A DNA stretch of 64,000 nucleotides from assembly GCA_023247255.1 (NCBI GenBank), contig JAHFGV010000004.1, positions 20,023-84,022 of the forward strand, read 5' to 3'. Both the position numbers and the translations under genes were made by a program. The stretch is from Candidatus Omnitrophota bacterium. Lineage in GTDB: Bacteria > Omnitrophota > Gorgyraeia > Aquiviventales > Aquiviventaceae. The notes beneath the pieces were generated by a model, which was not told the DNA's origin, did not search any database, and saw nothing but the letters and a program-made list of their open reading frames with translations. Shown here piece after piece: positions 18,101-23,271 of the stretch. Position 1 is the stretch's first letter. Each line of letters starts with the position of its first letter.

Positions 18101-21043
18101 ACCAATCGGAAAGACGTCGCTGCCGTTGGGGGAAGTCACCTGAACGGCTCCCTTGATTCGAAAGACGTTGTTGGAGGTATCAAAGATGGCGGGCGCATCT
18201 ACATTGCTGATCTTGACGCACGTGTTGCCACCGATGGCATCCGGAATCGTCCACGGGAAGCTTCCGGCCGAGGCCAGCGTCGATGCTACGATCGATGTGT
18301 ACGTACCCCCGCATCCTGTGCTTGAATACTCCAACTTCACGTTATTGACGCCAGTACCGTTGATGGTCCAGGTAATGTTCTGCGTGGTGCCGACAAGCCA
18401 CACCTCGGTTCCACTGTTAGGGCTGTCGACGACAATCGAGGCCACGATTGTGAAATCCGCATCGGATTCATCGAACGTCGTGGCATCCCCGTTTTGCTCC
18501 ACTTTAATTCGCGAGAACGACCCGATTGCAGCAGTCGGAATGGTCCAGGCATAAGTACCCGTTGCCGAAGCGGCTGTCACGATCGTATCTCCGTTTGGCG
18601 CTGCGTAGGAACCCCCACTGTTCTTGGAATAGTAGATGTTCACGCCTGTGGGGGGCAATGTTCCGGTAGAGGTCCAAGTGATGTTGTAGGTCTTTAGGGT
18701 TTCCCAGTTCGGGCTCTGGGGTCCGTTTGGCGTAGTGACGGTGATTCGCCCTTTAATGCTGAAATCAATGTCGGACTGGTCGTTTACACCTGAGGCATCT
18801 GAGGAAAGTTCGGCACCGACCCGTAGGTCGGTGCGAATCTTGTCCGGAACCGGTGTCCAGTTGTAGGTCCCGACGCTGGGAGTCAACCCTGTCGCAATCG
18901 TGCTATCGAAAGTGGTACCGCTGGCTGTATAAAGCTTCAACGTCACGGTGCCGTTGTCATCCAAGTTCCCCGTCCGACCCCATGTGATTGTGCGGCAGTT
19001 CGCTCCAGGACAAGAGTCGCCTACGAACCAGGACACCGCGGTGTTCGGAGAGGTCACCGTGAGTGTTCCTTTAACAGTGAAGTCGGCATTGGAAACATCA
19101 GAGTTCCGAACGAGCAGGTCCAAGTCGGTGATCTTCACCCTCAATGTAGACACGTCGAGATCCGTCGCCCCAATGCTCGCGGGAATCGTCCAGGGAATGG
19201 TATCCAGATTCGCGCAGACGTCGGAGGCAATGCCCAACGGGTAGGTGCTGCCGCCGTTCGTTGAAAGCTCAATCTTCAGTCTGTGTGCAGGCCCTGCTGA
19301 ATTGCACGTTCCACTTGATTCCAGCTCGGCGGCGTGCTTCCAGGTGATATTGTGGCTCTCTCCGACTTTCCATACCTCGCTGCCGTTGGGGCTTTTGACA
19401 GTCAACGGCGTAAACTCAGTGACGAAATATTGGACATCGGCTGCAATCGCCGCAGCGATGCTCTGGTTGGTTCCTGAGCGCACGCTGGCAAAAGTGGTCG
19501 AGGTGGTGGCCGCTCCAATTGGCGGTAGCAGCTCCACGGCAAACCCAAGATCATCCGCATAGTCTCTGGTCGTGTTGCTGGAACCTGTCGCCGTCGTTGT
19601 CGCTGCTCCAAGAACCAGTGTCCGGCTAGGTCTCACCGCGGTGAGTGAGGCGGTTTTCTGAGCCGGTAGAACATAGCCAGTCGTGCCACCGGCTCCCAGG
19701 CCGTGCGAAGCAGAACCGCTCAGTTTCAACTGTGTGGATGTGCAGGCGGGTGAGCAGTCGCTGCCGGTAAGAACGTGCCAGTTACCGTTCACTGGGTTGC
19801 TGACGGAACCCCCAACGCTATGGCCGCTTACATTGATCAGATCGCCGGTACTCAAGCCGTGAGCAGCGCTTGTCGTTATCATGATCGGCGTAGCGTCCGT
19901 CGATGAAGAAATCGCAATGCGGGCGGGTGTGCCGCCCGTGCCGCCTCCCCAGGAGTGGGTGCCTTTTTGAACCAAGCTGATTCCATCGATGAGATCCACA
20001 ACGTGGTAGCGTATACGTCCCTCGCTATTTGTGTTGGTCGACGCATAGCCTCTGGTAAAAGTAATGGTGGTGCCGCTCGTTACTGTGCCCCGAGCGTAGA
20101 TTTGATTGTCCCATCCTGCTATCCCTGAGCCACCGGTGAAAGAGGTGAACAACAACGCGTTCGCCCCGCCGCTGGAAAGACCAGGGCTCAGGGGCCCGGA
20201 GTTGACAGGCAGCGGCCCTCCACCGTCGGGATCCAGTCCGTTGTTCGTGGCGGTTTGGTTCGTGGCTGCGGTGCCAGGCACCGGCAGCGAGACTATCCCG
20301 GTGTAAACTGTCGTATCCGTCAAAAACTCGATGACCTGCCACACGATCTGAGTGGCTTTGGTGCCTGTGCCAGCAAACCGCTCGACTCTCAGATTGGAGT
20401 TATCGATAAACGAAGGGAGTAGGTAGAGTTGATGCGTCTGGTTTTGGCTGGTGAAGGCGCCTTTGGTCATGACAATCGGCACGGCGTGACAGGGAAAGGT
20501 TATGGGAGTACACCCGCTCGTATCCAACGCCATCGGGATAGTGATGGTCTTGTTCAAGTCTGTCGGCTGCAGGCTCGAAATGCCTCGCTGTACGCTGACT
20601 CCATCGACGAACTCAATAACCTGCCAGGAGACGCTCGCGCCGCTGGTGCCACCCCCACGCTCGATGTCAATGGTGTTGTTATCCTCAAACTGGGCGACGA
20701 AAAACCAGTTCTGATCGCGTTGTTGGCTAATGCTGTCGGCTTCGGTAGACAGCAAGATGATGGATTTGGATTGGTCCACCGGGTAGGTCAGGTTGATGGC
20801 TTGAACGACGTCGTCCGTGTCAAAGTTGGCGATGCCGCTTTGTATCCTTTTAATCTGCACGGCTTCTGCAAGGGGGCCCCAGAAACTCCAGATGAGGACA
20901 GCAATGAGCGCTGTCCAACCGGCGAGAAACCGTGGAACAAAAACGGTCGGTCGCGCCCGTACAGGCCGCATCAGAAAATCAGGGGCGTCATTGCTGTGCA
21001 TCATCAGCATCTGTGGGAATGCCTTCCGAAAGCTCCGGCTCAA
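3161..21043 (-). CDS. giant repetitive cell-surface protein (~5,960 aa; ~50 tandem Ig-like/Kre9_KNH-like ~85-90-aa repeats; adhesin/S-layer-like)
   Basis: Single uninterrupted 17.9-kb ORF. The N-terminus has a hydrophobic signal or anchor (FLAGWTALIAVLIWSFWGPLAEA). The probable start is MRPVRARP at ~20971, which removes the overlap with the upstream lipoprotein gene. A ~640-aa unique N-region precedes about 50 repeats of consensus GSLTLTAPNGGExWxVGxxQNITWTxxGxIxNVKLEYSTDGGxTYPNxIxAST...YAWTIPDAIxTxxRVRVSDxxDxTVxDxSDANFKI. A ~900-aa unique C-terminal region is Ser/Thr- and coiled-coil-rich. Confidence 0.85.
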   Translation of the reverse strand: MSRSFRKAFPQMLMMHSNDAPDFLMRPVRARPTVFVPRFLAGWTALIAVLIWSFWGPLAEAVQIKRIQSGIANFDTDDVVQAINLTYPVDQSKSIILLSTEADSISQQRDQNWFFVAQFEDNNTIDIERGGGTSGASVSWQVIEFVDGVSVQRGISSLQPTDLNKTITIPMALDTSGCTPITFPCHAVPIVMTKGAFTSQNQTHQLYLLPSFIDNSNLRVERFAGTGTKATQIVWQVIEFLTDTTVYTGIVSLPVPGTAATNQTATNNGLDPDGGGPLPVNSGPLSPGLSSGGANALLFTSFTGGSGIAGWDNQIYARGTVTSGTTITFTRGYASTNTNSEGRIRYHVVDLIDGISLVQKGTHSWGGGTGGTPARIAISSSTDATPIMITTSAAHGLSTGDLINVSGHSVGGSVSNPVNGNWHVLTGSDCSPACTSTQLKLSGSASHGLGAGGTTGYVLPAQKTASLTAVRPSRTLVLGAATTTATGSSNTTRDYADDLGFAVELLPPIGAATTSTTFASVRSGTNQSIAAAIAADVQYFVTEFTPLTVKSPNGSEVWKVGESHNITWKHAAELESSGTCNSAGPAHRLKIELSTNGGSTYPLGIASDVCANLDTIPWTIPASIGATDLDVSTLRVKITDLDLLVRNSDVSNADFTVKGTLTVTSPNTAVSWFVGDSCPGANCRTITWGRTGNLDDNGTVTLKLYTASGTTFDSTIATGLTPSVGTYNWTPVPDKIRTDLRVGAELSSDASGVNDQSDIDFSIKGRITVTTPNGPQSPNWETLKTYNITWTSTGTLPPTGVNIYYSKNSGGSYAAPNGDTIVTAASATGTYAWTIPTAAIGSFSRIKVEQNGDATTFDESDADFTIVASIVVDSPNSGTEVWLVGTTQNITWTINGTGVNNVKLEYSSTGCGGTYTSIVASTLASAGSFPWTIPDAIGGNTCVKISNVDAPAIFDTSNNVFRIKGAVQVTSPNGSDVFPIGSSRNITWNNNGTVSGTVEIRYSTDGGSTYPNVIVASTPIGGASGSYSWSPIPDVTGGINNTVKVRVIPSDTVNVADDASDSNFSIKGTVVLGAPNGGGTCTVGQSCPVSWTKTGSIGNVELHYSTDGGATFPAGKLIATGLDPVSGTPYNWATPDDIDSDIRVRVRLVTDTSVEDQSDANFSIKGTLTLVAPNNGEVWKVGETNRNITWTRVGTTGSMAGNVELRYSTNGGTSYDTLINSTTAASALSYNWNPIPDAIETQLRVKVTLVTDTTVFDTSDANFTIKGQLTVTQPNTNLIWFVGDTTRNITWNTNGTVSGVKLYYATDGATFSNPIAGGASISNVGSYNWNPVPDIIGTNVKVRLENAADSTVYDDSDTGFTVKGTLTLTAPNGSQSWVVGDTQNITWTKTGTLSGNVKLLYSTDGGATYPDPGNMITNSVAVTAGSYAWTVPDAIDNDLRVKIVYLNETSVTDESDANFTIQGSLNITFPDGGEVWELGTSQNITWNLTGTVGAVKLEYSTDGGSTYPNLIIASTPSDTDPPTGGNNGQYAWTIPSNAPLSTTARVRITPVTAGKAAANASENNFRLKGKLTITAPNGGQTWVVADPQNITWTTLGAIANAKLEYSTDSGSTWPAGNVIVSSTPAGAGSYTWIVADGISAQCRIRISDASDASVIDASDADFTIRGSLALTAPNGGQSWVVGTTQNITWTKTGTLPNVKLEYSTNSGVSYTNLIVASTSGGNLSYPWTIPDSIGTTRRVKVTYDTTPDVLDLNDTSDADFTIRGSITVTAPNGNEGWPINATQNITWVKTGTLTGNLKLEYSTDGGTTYPVGNLISNTVPATDTSYAWTVPDNPTTQGRVRITQLDDTNVTDPSDANFSIKGSLFIQAPDGGEVWKVSESRNITWTRGGSIANAKLDLSKDGGATFPIAITASTPAANLSYAWTLPDEIDTDLRVRITDVNDNTVTDASNGNFTIKGTLTLGSPNGGETWIVNDSRNITWAKTGTIPNVKLEYSTNGGTTYPNVIVSSTAGSSLSFAWTIPDSIGTQLRVRITNVDDVTVTDDTNANFTIKGSVTLTAPNGGETWIVGSSQNVTWTKQGSIANVKLEYSKNGFADELQTFTIVASTPAAPLSYAWTIADAIGAQLKVRVSDASDSTVNDVSNTNFTIKGALTLTAPNGAELWTVNSSRAVTWTRTGSITNVKLEYSTNSGSTYPNLITASTDAATGTYAWTLPDAITATAKVRVSDTSDATVQDESNAVFKIVGVLTLTAPNGGEKWTVGNSQNVTWTRIGSIANAKLEYSTDGGTTYPNLIVATTVASSLSYAWTIPNTPSATVKVKVSDVDFPSDVSDVSDANFKIKAGLTLTAPNGGEVLTVGSAQNITWTTVGTAANVKLEYSADGGSTYPNVITASASNSGSYSWTVADAISTTVRVKVSDAADTDAFDTSDVNFKIRGSLLLTAPNGGEGWQINTVQNITWTRTGSLPNVKLEYSTNGFSDELQTYVITASAPADPPPVDNNGLYAWTIPNTPSATVKLRVSDASDATVSDLSNANLSIKGSVTLTAPNGSEVWVVGATQNVTWNVFGAITNVKLQYSTDGGATWPAGNLITASTSANTDPPVGADNGQYSWTIPDVIGTQLRVRVSDAADASVFDDSDANFKIRGSITVSAPNGGETWIVGASQNIAWTRTGSFANVKLEYSTNGFSDELQTFLISASAPASPLNFAWTVPDAIGTTLKVRASDAADITVVDISNAHFEIKGSLTVTSPNGVEVWKVGESRNITWTKTGTIATVKLEYSTNGGTTYPNIIASSTSATSGSYTWSVPDAIGTQLRVKITHTGDATVNDASNANFEIKGQIALTSPNGGEVWIVGTSQNITWTKQGTFATVKLEYSTDGGSTYPTVISASADAVTGTPYAWTIPDAIGTQLRVNVTSNADTTVNDASDANFKIVGSLTLIAPNGSEAWAVGTSQNVSWTKVGSITNVKLEYSTNGGTSYPNLITASTGAGTGIYAWTIPDAISATVRLKVTDASDSTVYDTSNADFKVMGGFVLTSPNGGEVWAVGESRNITWTTAGSVVNVKLEYSTDGGATYPNLIIASTSNTGTYAWTVPDAISTTVKVRISDASDANAFDVSNGNFKIRGSLLLISPNGGEAWPISTTQNVTWSKMGSIANVKLEYSTDGGATYPNLIIASVFATSGTPYAWTIPDAPATTVKVRVSDVSDSTVFDESNANFKIQGLLTITAPNGGEVWIVGSSYNITWTKFGSILNVKLQYSTDGGITWPDPGKVIIASTAAATLSYTWTIPDDISNTVKVRITDTGDTSVFDDSNANLGIKGSLTVTAPNGGEIWVVADTQNITWTKTGTIPNVKLEYSKNGFADELQTFLITASVPSTPSAYAWTIPDAISNTVKVRLSNVSDPTVSAVSNAYFAIKGSLTLNAPNGGETWIVGASQPITWSKVGSIANVKLEYSSDGGVSYPDVILASTSASAGSYSWTIPDAITTTARVKVTDVSDSSVFDISNTNFKIAGSLTVTAANGAEAWLIATTQNITWTRTGSIANVKLEYSTNGGTSYPNLIVASVSATTGTPYAWVIPDTPTTQAKIKVTNTADSSVYDESNANFNIRGSVTLSEPNGSEVWVVGESRAITWMRTGSFPNVELRYSTDGGTTYPSLITASTSAGTLSYAWIVPDALSTGVRVKITDTGDSAVTDVSDANFKIKGSVTLTSPNGAEVWIVGASRNITWTRTGSFANVKLEYSTDGGTTYLNLITASAPAAPLSYAWTIPDAINTSLKVKISDENDATVVDVSDANFTIKASLTLNAPNGGETWIVGSSQNITWAKTGTIVTVKLEYSTDGGSTYPNVITLSSPAAALSYVWSIPDTLSSTVRVKITHLTDATVNDTSNGNFKIAGSFTLTAPDGGEVWIVGATQNITWTKTGSIATARLDYSTDGGVSYPSAITSSVSASALSFAWTTPDNMSSTVKVKITDTSDSTVFDASNGNFKIAGSFTLLSPNGGEKWPAGSTQSITWTKTGSMVNAKLEYSTDGGTTYPNLIVATTPASALSYAWVLGTTTSTQVRVRITDVSDSTVFDASNANFKIMGGFVLSSPNGGEVWVVGETRNITWTTVGNVANVKLSYSVNGGTTYPNAISASTTNTGSYAWTIPDAIGTTLRVKVEDVLDPDAYDESNANFKIKGSLTLSSPNGGEIWTVESNQNISWTKAGSIANVKLEYSTDGGTTYPVGSLIATSLNATTGTPFAWTIPDAISTTVKVKVTDVTDATVYDESNASFTIRGSFNLTAPNGGEKWTVGTTQSILWSTFGTIPNVRLEYSTDGGSSYPNVITAASSNTGSYNWTIPNAITTTMRLRVSNAADAGTFDASDADFKVKASFAMTAPDGGEVLVVGVSQGITWTTAGTVANVKLEYSTNGGTTYPNGIATSAPNTGTFAWTVPDAISATVRIRVSDVTDTVDAFDTSNGNFKIRAGFTVTAPNGGEAWTVGSVQNITWISAGTVANVKLEYSTDGGATYPSVVASSIANIGTYAWTIPDAITTAARLKVSDVNDTTASDASNTNFKIQGFLRITAPNGGEKWTVGSVRTVTWDRNGSIPFVKLEFSTNGGGLYAPITASTSNTGSFAWAIPDNISTNCLVKVSDTNDATVNDASDVIFKIQAGFTVTAPNGGEVWAVGSARTITWLTNGTVSFVKIDYSTDSGSSFPNLITSSTSNTGSYGWTVPDNVTGSVRVRVSQTTDAEAFDTSDGDFRIRVIFTLTSPNGAEQWRVGQVQNITWGIVGTIPNVKLQYSRDGFNADLQTINASAPSIGSYGWTVPDAISNTVRVRVSDPNDIGALDDSNADFRITGDFTVTAPNGTEQWVVGSVQNITWAKTGSVSNAKIEYSTNSGGTWTTIAGLTPNNGTFAWTIPDTITAQGRVRLSDPVDATANDISNADFKIKAGFTLTAPNGAEIWTVAQSRTIAWTNTGTVSLVKLELSTNGGTAYQPIQENYQTLNDGVVQNTGAYTWTVEDAISTQVRIRVSSSTDSDANDASDGNFKIQGSLTITNPNGGENFPIGQLRDISWLRLGSIANVKITYSTDAGTTYPNVIVASTPANPTFYPWTVADAPTTMARVKVEDVSDATVFDASDASFNIQGNFTISAPNGGELWSVGESRNIAWSWGGTIPNVKLTYSTNSGSTYSDVIANSAPNGVGSSGTFNYAWMVPDSISSAVRVRIEDVNDANVSDVSNADFKIQGRLNIVTPNGLERWVVNEIRTISWTTAGTLPTVKLEYSTDGGATYPAGNVIVALLTNTGSYNWLVPNTVSMTSRVRVVNTADVTVSDQSDADFKIDLYKVSFRVRDLLTNNHLDQLTVSAGTPSQPGSTQPPAYTWTESGLSSIIKDKPLQYGSWSAKFSRVSYGDQTLNFVVDRDYPETAPLDVFMETQVVHIWEAVTEFAYVPAVQALPNLNPPIAAVADSLTVTSTLRRDGSTVTGPVLCQVDIYDGATLIQSFVANGPPNALGFYSSPQYNFTWSPTSLTAGKVYSVVTTINIATGGVFKTPRTLTINVEQKLQDVKHEVNKNLDVPLSQVRTDIQGTLDTFTHSISTSISTLDTAAKNSQTASNTLISAANQSQATANDLRTVANQQSAKLLTPQEINTGLPLIIRWRGPRDTQGLSLSPKITIENFDKIAVVSEVAMQPISGAQNLFEWSSEWGLAEQVITATKFQPGKTITVTVKDDAIGSFQVGTIFVKRPEGRLLMKTSAKIGETISIQLAGADNWTPLIELSADGVVLTAKTPMKKVGSDGKVTTFEYLVPESVGSLVPIGKSVVALVTESLTGFFDQGSFQFTGTSLDDLSGQIAASSASRGVIQDTYTAVKNLQGSLGGDGQLGQKLEVLKQRIDRIPKAVAEEGSNVRMKQAINDVAERISALAGDEGYDFSQLMEMGVEKGLEKSDSIQNIRKKTDTVQGATEVMQLLMENKLGGIDDPVVHVIYQ

Positions 21044-21422
21044 GACTCGGTGCTGGTGCTCGACTGACCAAGGCCAACCGAATCGCAGTCCGCGATGAGC
21101 GGCTATACTTTCCCTGACCGTCTTTCATGAGTATCTCCCGATATTCCACCAGGACGGTATCGCCGGAATGAATCTCTCCTATCGATGAGATCCCTTGCAG
21201 TTTAAGCTTGGAATCGAAGGGCAGGTACAGCTCGCTTGCGCCCGTCTCCGTGCGGGAGTGCTCAACGGCAACGCCATGATTGTTGATCGCAGAAATGGTA
21301 CCCTGTAGGAGTTTAAAACTCGTGTATCCTTCTTCAACCCCAGCCCATACACCTGCTCCAAAACCACAGAGGCAGCTGTAGATCACGATCCCTAAAAACA
21401 GTTTTTTAGTCATAGGATTCAC
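20988..21422 (-). CDS. hypothetical lipoprotein (144 aa)
   Basis: Signal peptide with Cys (MNPMTKKLFLGIVIYSCLCGFGAG). It sits directly upstream of the giant gene and overlaps it. No recognisable family. Confidence 0.5.
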   Translation of the reverse strand: MNPMTKKLFLGIVIYSCLCGFGAGVWAGVEEGYTSFKLLQGTISAINNHGVAVEHSRTETGASELYLPFDSKLKLQGISSIGEIHSGDTVLVEYREILMKDGQGKYSRSSRTAIRLALVSRAPAPSLEPELSEGIPTDADDAQQ

Positions 21423-21426
21423 AGGA

Positions 21427-22857
21427 TCAGGTCTCGCTGGTTACCTGACTTGCGTCGCGTCCGGGCTGGCTGGTCCCTACGAAACGAAAGGTGATGGCCG
21501 GTTGTCCCATCGCCTGACGGGTTAGAATACCGTGCATCGTTCGGCCATCCCATTCCCCTCGCCAGCAGATGATCTCGCCACGAGGACCGGTCTGCATCGT
21601 TTCCCAGAGTATCGTTCCATCGGACTGAACGCTCAACGAATAGTTTGAACTCTCAAAACCCTGATCGCTGAGGGACGTAGAGGTAACCTTTCCCGCTTCG
21701 AATTGGAGACGATCGATCTGCGGCGCCACGTCACCGGTAGCATCCAGAGGACGAATCTGTACCTGCCAGATCGTTCCGGCTAATCGGGATGGCTGGATAA
21801 AATTCGCCAATTGAGTCGTTGGACCCGCGGGGAGTGCATCCACAGGGTCCAGAATCGGTAGCGTCTGTTCCGTGGCGAGTGAGCGCAGCGCCTGCCGCAT
21901 AGTCGCGAGATTTTTAGCATAGAGCCCAGCGGCGCAGAGTAATAGGATCGCAACCGACAGGCTTGCAGTCAAAAACAAGGAGGGCCCTGGATGCGGATAA
22001 CTATCTTGTACGGATCGAGACATCAGACGAGGATCGTCGGACCTCGACGCCAAAGCCGGTTCCGGTCCAGAGTAAACCGGTGCGCGATCCTCACGGTGCG
22101 TTTCATCAGCAGGACGATAGGCGTGTTTCGACCGCTCACGAACCGACGTCACGAACGCCGCTGAGCCGATAATCCCATGGGATGTCAATTCCTGAACGAA
22201 CCGATCCCATGCAGAAATCGGCACCGAGTGCAGGTAATCCTCATAGCTTACCCCAGGCTGTTCGCGGCGGATTAGCTCGAGAACCTCGCTCGATTCAACC
22301 GACAGCAACGGTCTGACCGTAGGGGAGGGTAAGGTAGAAATAGAAAGAAGATAACTCGGGTAGCTACTCCACGGGTAAGCGTATGGATCGTCCGTTAGGC
22401 CGAGCCGTCGTGGTTGGACATGGAGATAACCAGTGATTCGAAGCAGCGAAGGCGCCTTTTCCAGAATCGTCGATTTGAATCGTTCGCGAAACACATGGCC
22501 CGTGCGACCGTAGCGACGGTTAACGTACTTGGTGTAGCGCGAATTCACCCCATGCATGATATCGGAGACGGTTGCCCGATCCGTCAGCTCAAGACACAAC
22601 TCGATGGAATCTGGCAGGAGAACATACCCAAAGACCTTGAAACCGGAGGACTGGCGGTACTGCTCCAGCAATCCAAGATAATGGGTGTAGTCTTGGTCAT
22701 CCCGAAACAGACTCATCCCTTCGGCAGCCCTAGCAGCGACGTAGTACAGTGCCCCTTCGACATGGATGCGTAGAGGTCGTGGCATCGTATTACTGCGCCC
22801 TCCAACCGGTTGGTGCCTGGCACTGGGTGGGTGCCTGGCACCCGGTGCCAGGCACAA
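21427..22857 (-). CDS. Y1/HUH transposase-like (RAYT/IS200-like) domain protein with degenerate active site, fused to a TM helix and a periplasmic domain
   Basis: The N-terminal ~130 aa fit the IS200/RAYT fold pattern (LRIHVEGALYYVAARA...FGYVLLPDSIELCLEL...MHGVNSRYTKYVNRRYGRTGHVFRERFKSTIL). The HUH position reads SIE and the GRYK Tyr is Phe (ERFKS). The TM helix is LFLTASLSVAILLLCAAGLYA, and the C-terminal domain is shared with the 229-aa secreted protein. The probable start is MPRPLRIHVEG at ~22785. Confidence 0.6.
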   Translation of the reverse strand: MCLAPGARHPPSARHQPVGGRSNTMPRPLRIHVEGALYYVAARAAEGMSLFRDDQDYTHYLGLLEQYRQSSGFKVFGYVLLPDSIELCLELTDRATVSDIMHGVNSRYTKYVNRRYGRTGHVFRERFKSTILEKAPSLLRITGYLHVQPRRLGLTDDPYAYPWSSYPSYLLSISTLPSPTVRPLLSVESSEVLELIRREQPGVSYEDYLHSVPISAWDRFVQELTSHGIIGSAAFVTSVRERSKHAYRPADETHREDRAPVYSGPEPALASRSDDPRLMSRSVQDSYPHPGPSLFLTASLSVAILLLCAAGLYAKNLATMRQALRSLATEQTLPILDPVDALPAGPTTQLANFIQPSRLAGTIWQVQIRPLDATGDVAPQIDRLQFEAGKVTSTSLSDQGFESSNYSLSVQSDGTILWETMQTGPRGEIICWRGEWDGRTMHGILTRQAMGQPAITFRFVGTSQPGRDASQVTSET

Positions 22858-22885
22858 AAAAACTGCGGCACACGCTGCCGCAGCT
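22855..22885 (-). terminator. Rho-independent terminator (minus strand): hairpin ctgcggcagcgtgtgccgcag followed by TTTTTTT
   Basis: Read on the minus strand, a perfect 8-bp stem (ctgcggca/tgccgcag) is followed by a 7-T run at 22855-22861. It lies within a REP-like hairpin cluster (22811-22854: GTGCCTGGCAC repeated twice direct and once inverted). Confidence 0.5.
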
Positions 22886-23271
22886 ACGCTTGGAACCTGT
22901 GATGGACTGAACCCAGTTTTCTCTGCTACGTATTGGGGTCATTAGAAACAAAAACGCCCTCCGAAATTCGGAGGACGCTTATCCTCGCTGGCAACCCGGC
23001 TACCCTTCGTACTTGTTTCAGGGCCCGTGGTTTTGCCCCACATGTTTCGCGACACGAAACAATCTGTGGGGCTCCGCATGTTTTGCTTCGCAAAGCATGC
23101 GGAGCGTCCTACCCTTTCGGATAGTTTGCCCCTCACCCCATTGAGCCGGGATGAGTTCCCTTTCGGGATTTCTCAGTCGTCGATCAATTTGTCGTCAATC
23201 GAACCGTTACTTGAAGGGTACCTGATCCCTCCTTCGCGTGTCAAGGGACATCCACTCCAAAAATGTACAGC

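Noticed and set aside
3636-20714. Many plus-strand ORFs of 60-230 aa inside the giant gene (e.g. 12849..13544, 18153..18554, 20429..21067), often with recurring motifs such as 'SPPLGAVTV' and 'VEYSSFTL'
   Set aside because: They are antisense frames of the tandem repeat array. Periodic repeats generate open antisense frames with pseudo-conserved motifs. There are no starts with RBS context and no recognisable families, and they fully overlap a strongly supported 17.9-kb CDS.
3200-20900. Highly periodic ~260-bp tandem DNA repeats that could be mistaken for a CRISPR or satellite array
   Set aside because: The periodicity is protein-coding (Ig-like modules in one continuous frame). There are no short conserved direct repeats with unique spacers, and no cas genes.
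22785-22857. Longer N-terminal extension (MCLAPGARHPPSARHQPVGGRSNT) of the RAYT-like protein
   Set aside because: The extension would place the terminator hairpin and T-run inside the coding sequence. The Met at MPRPLRIHV is the more plausible start.
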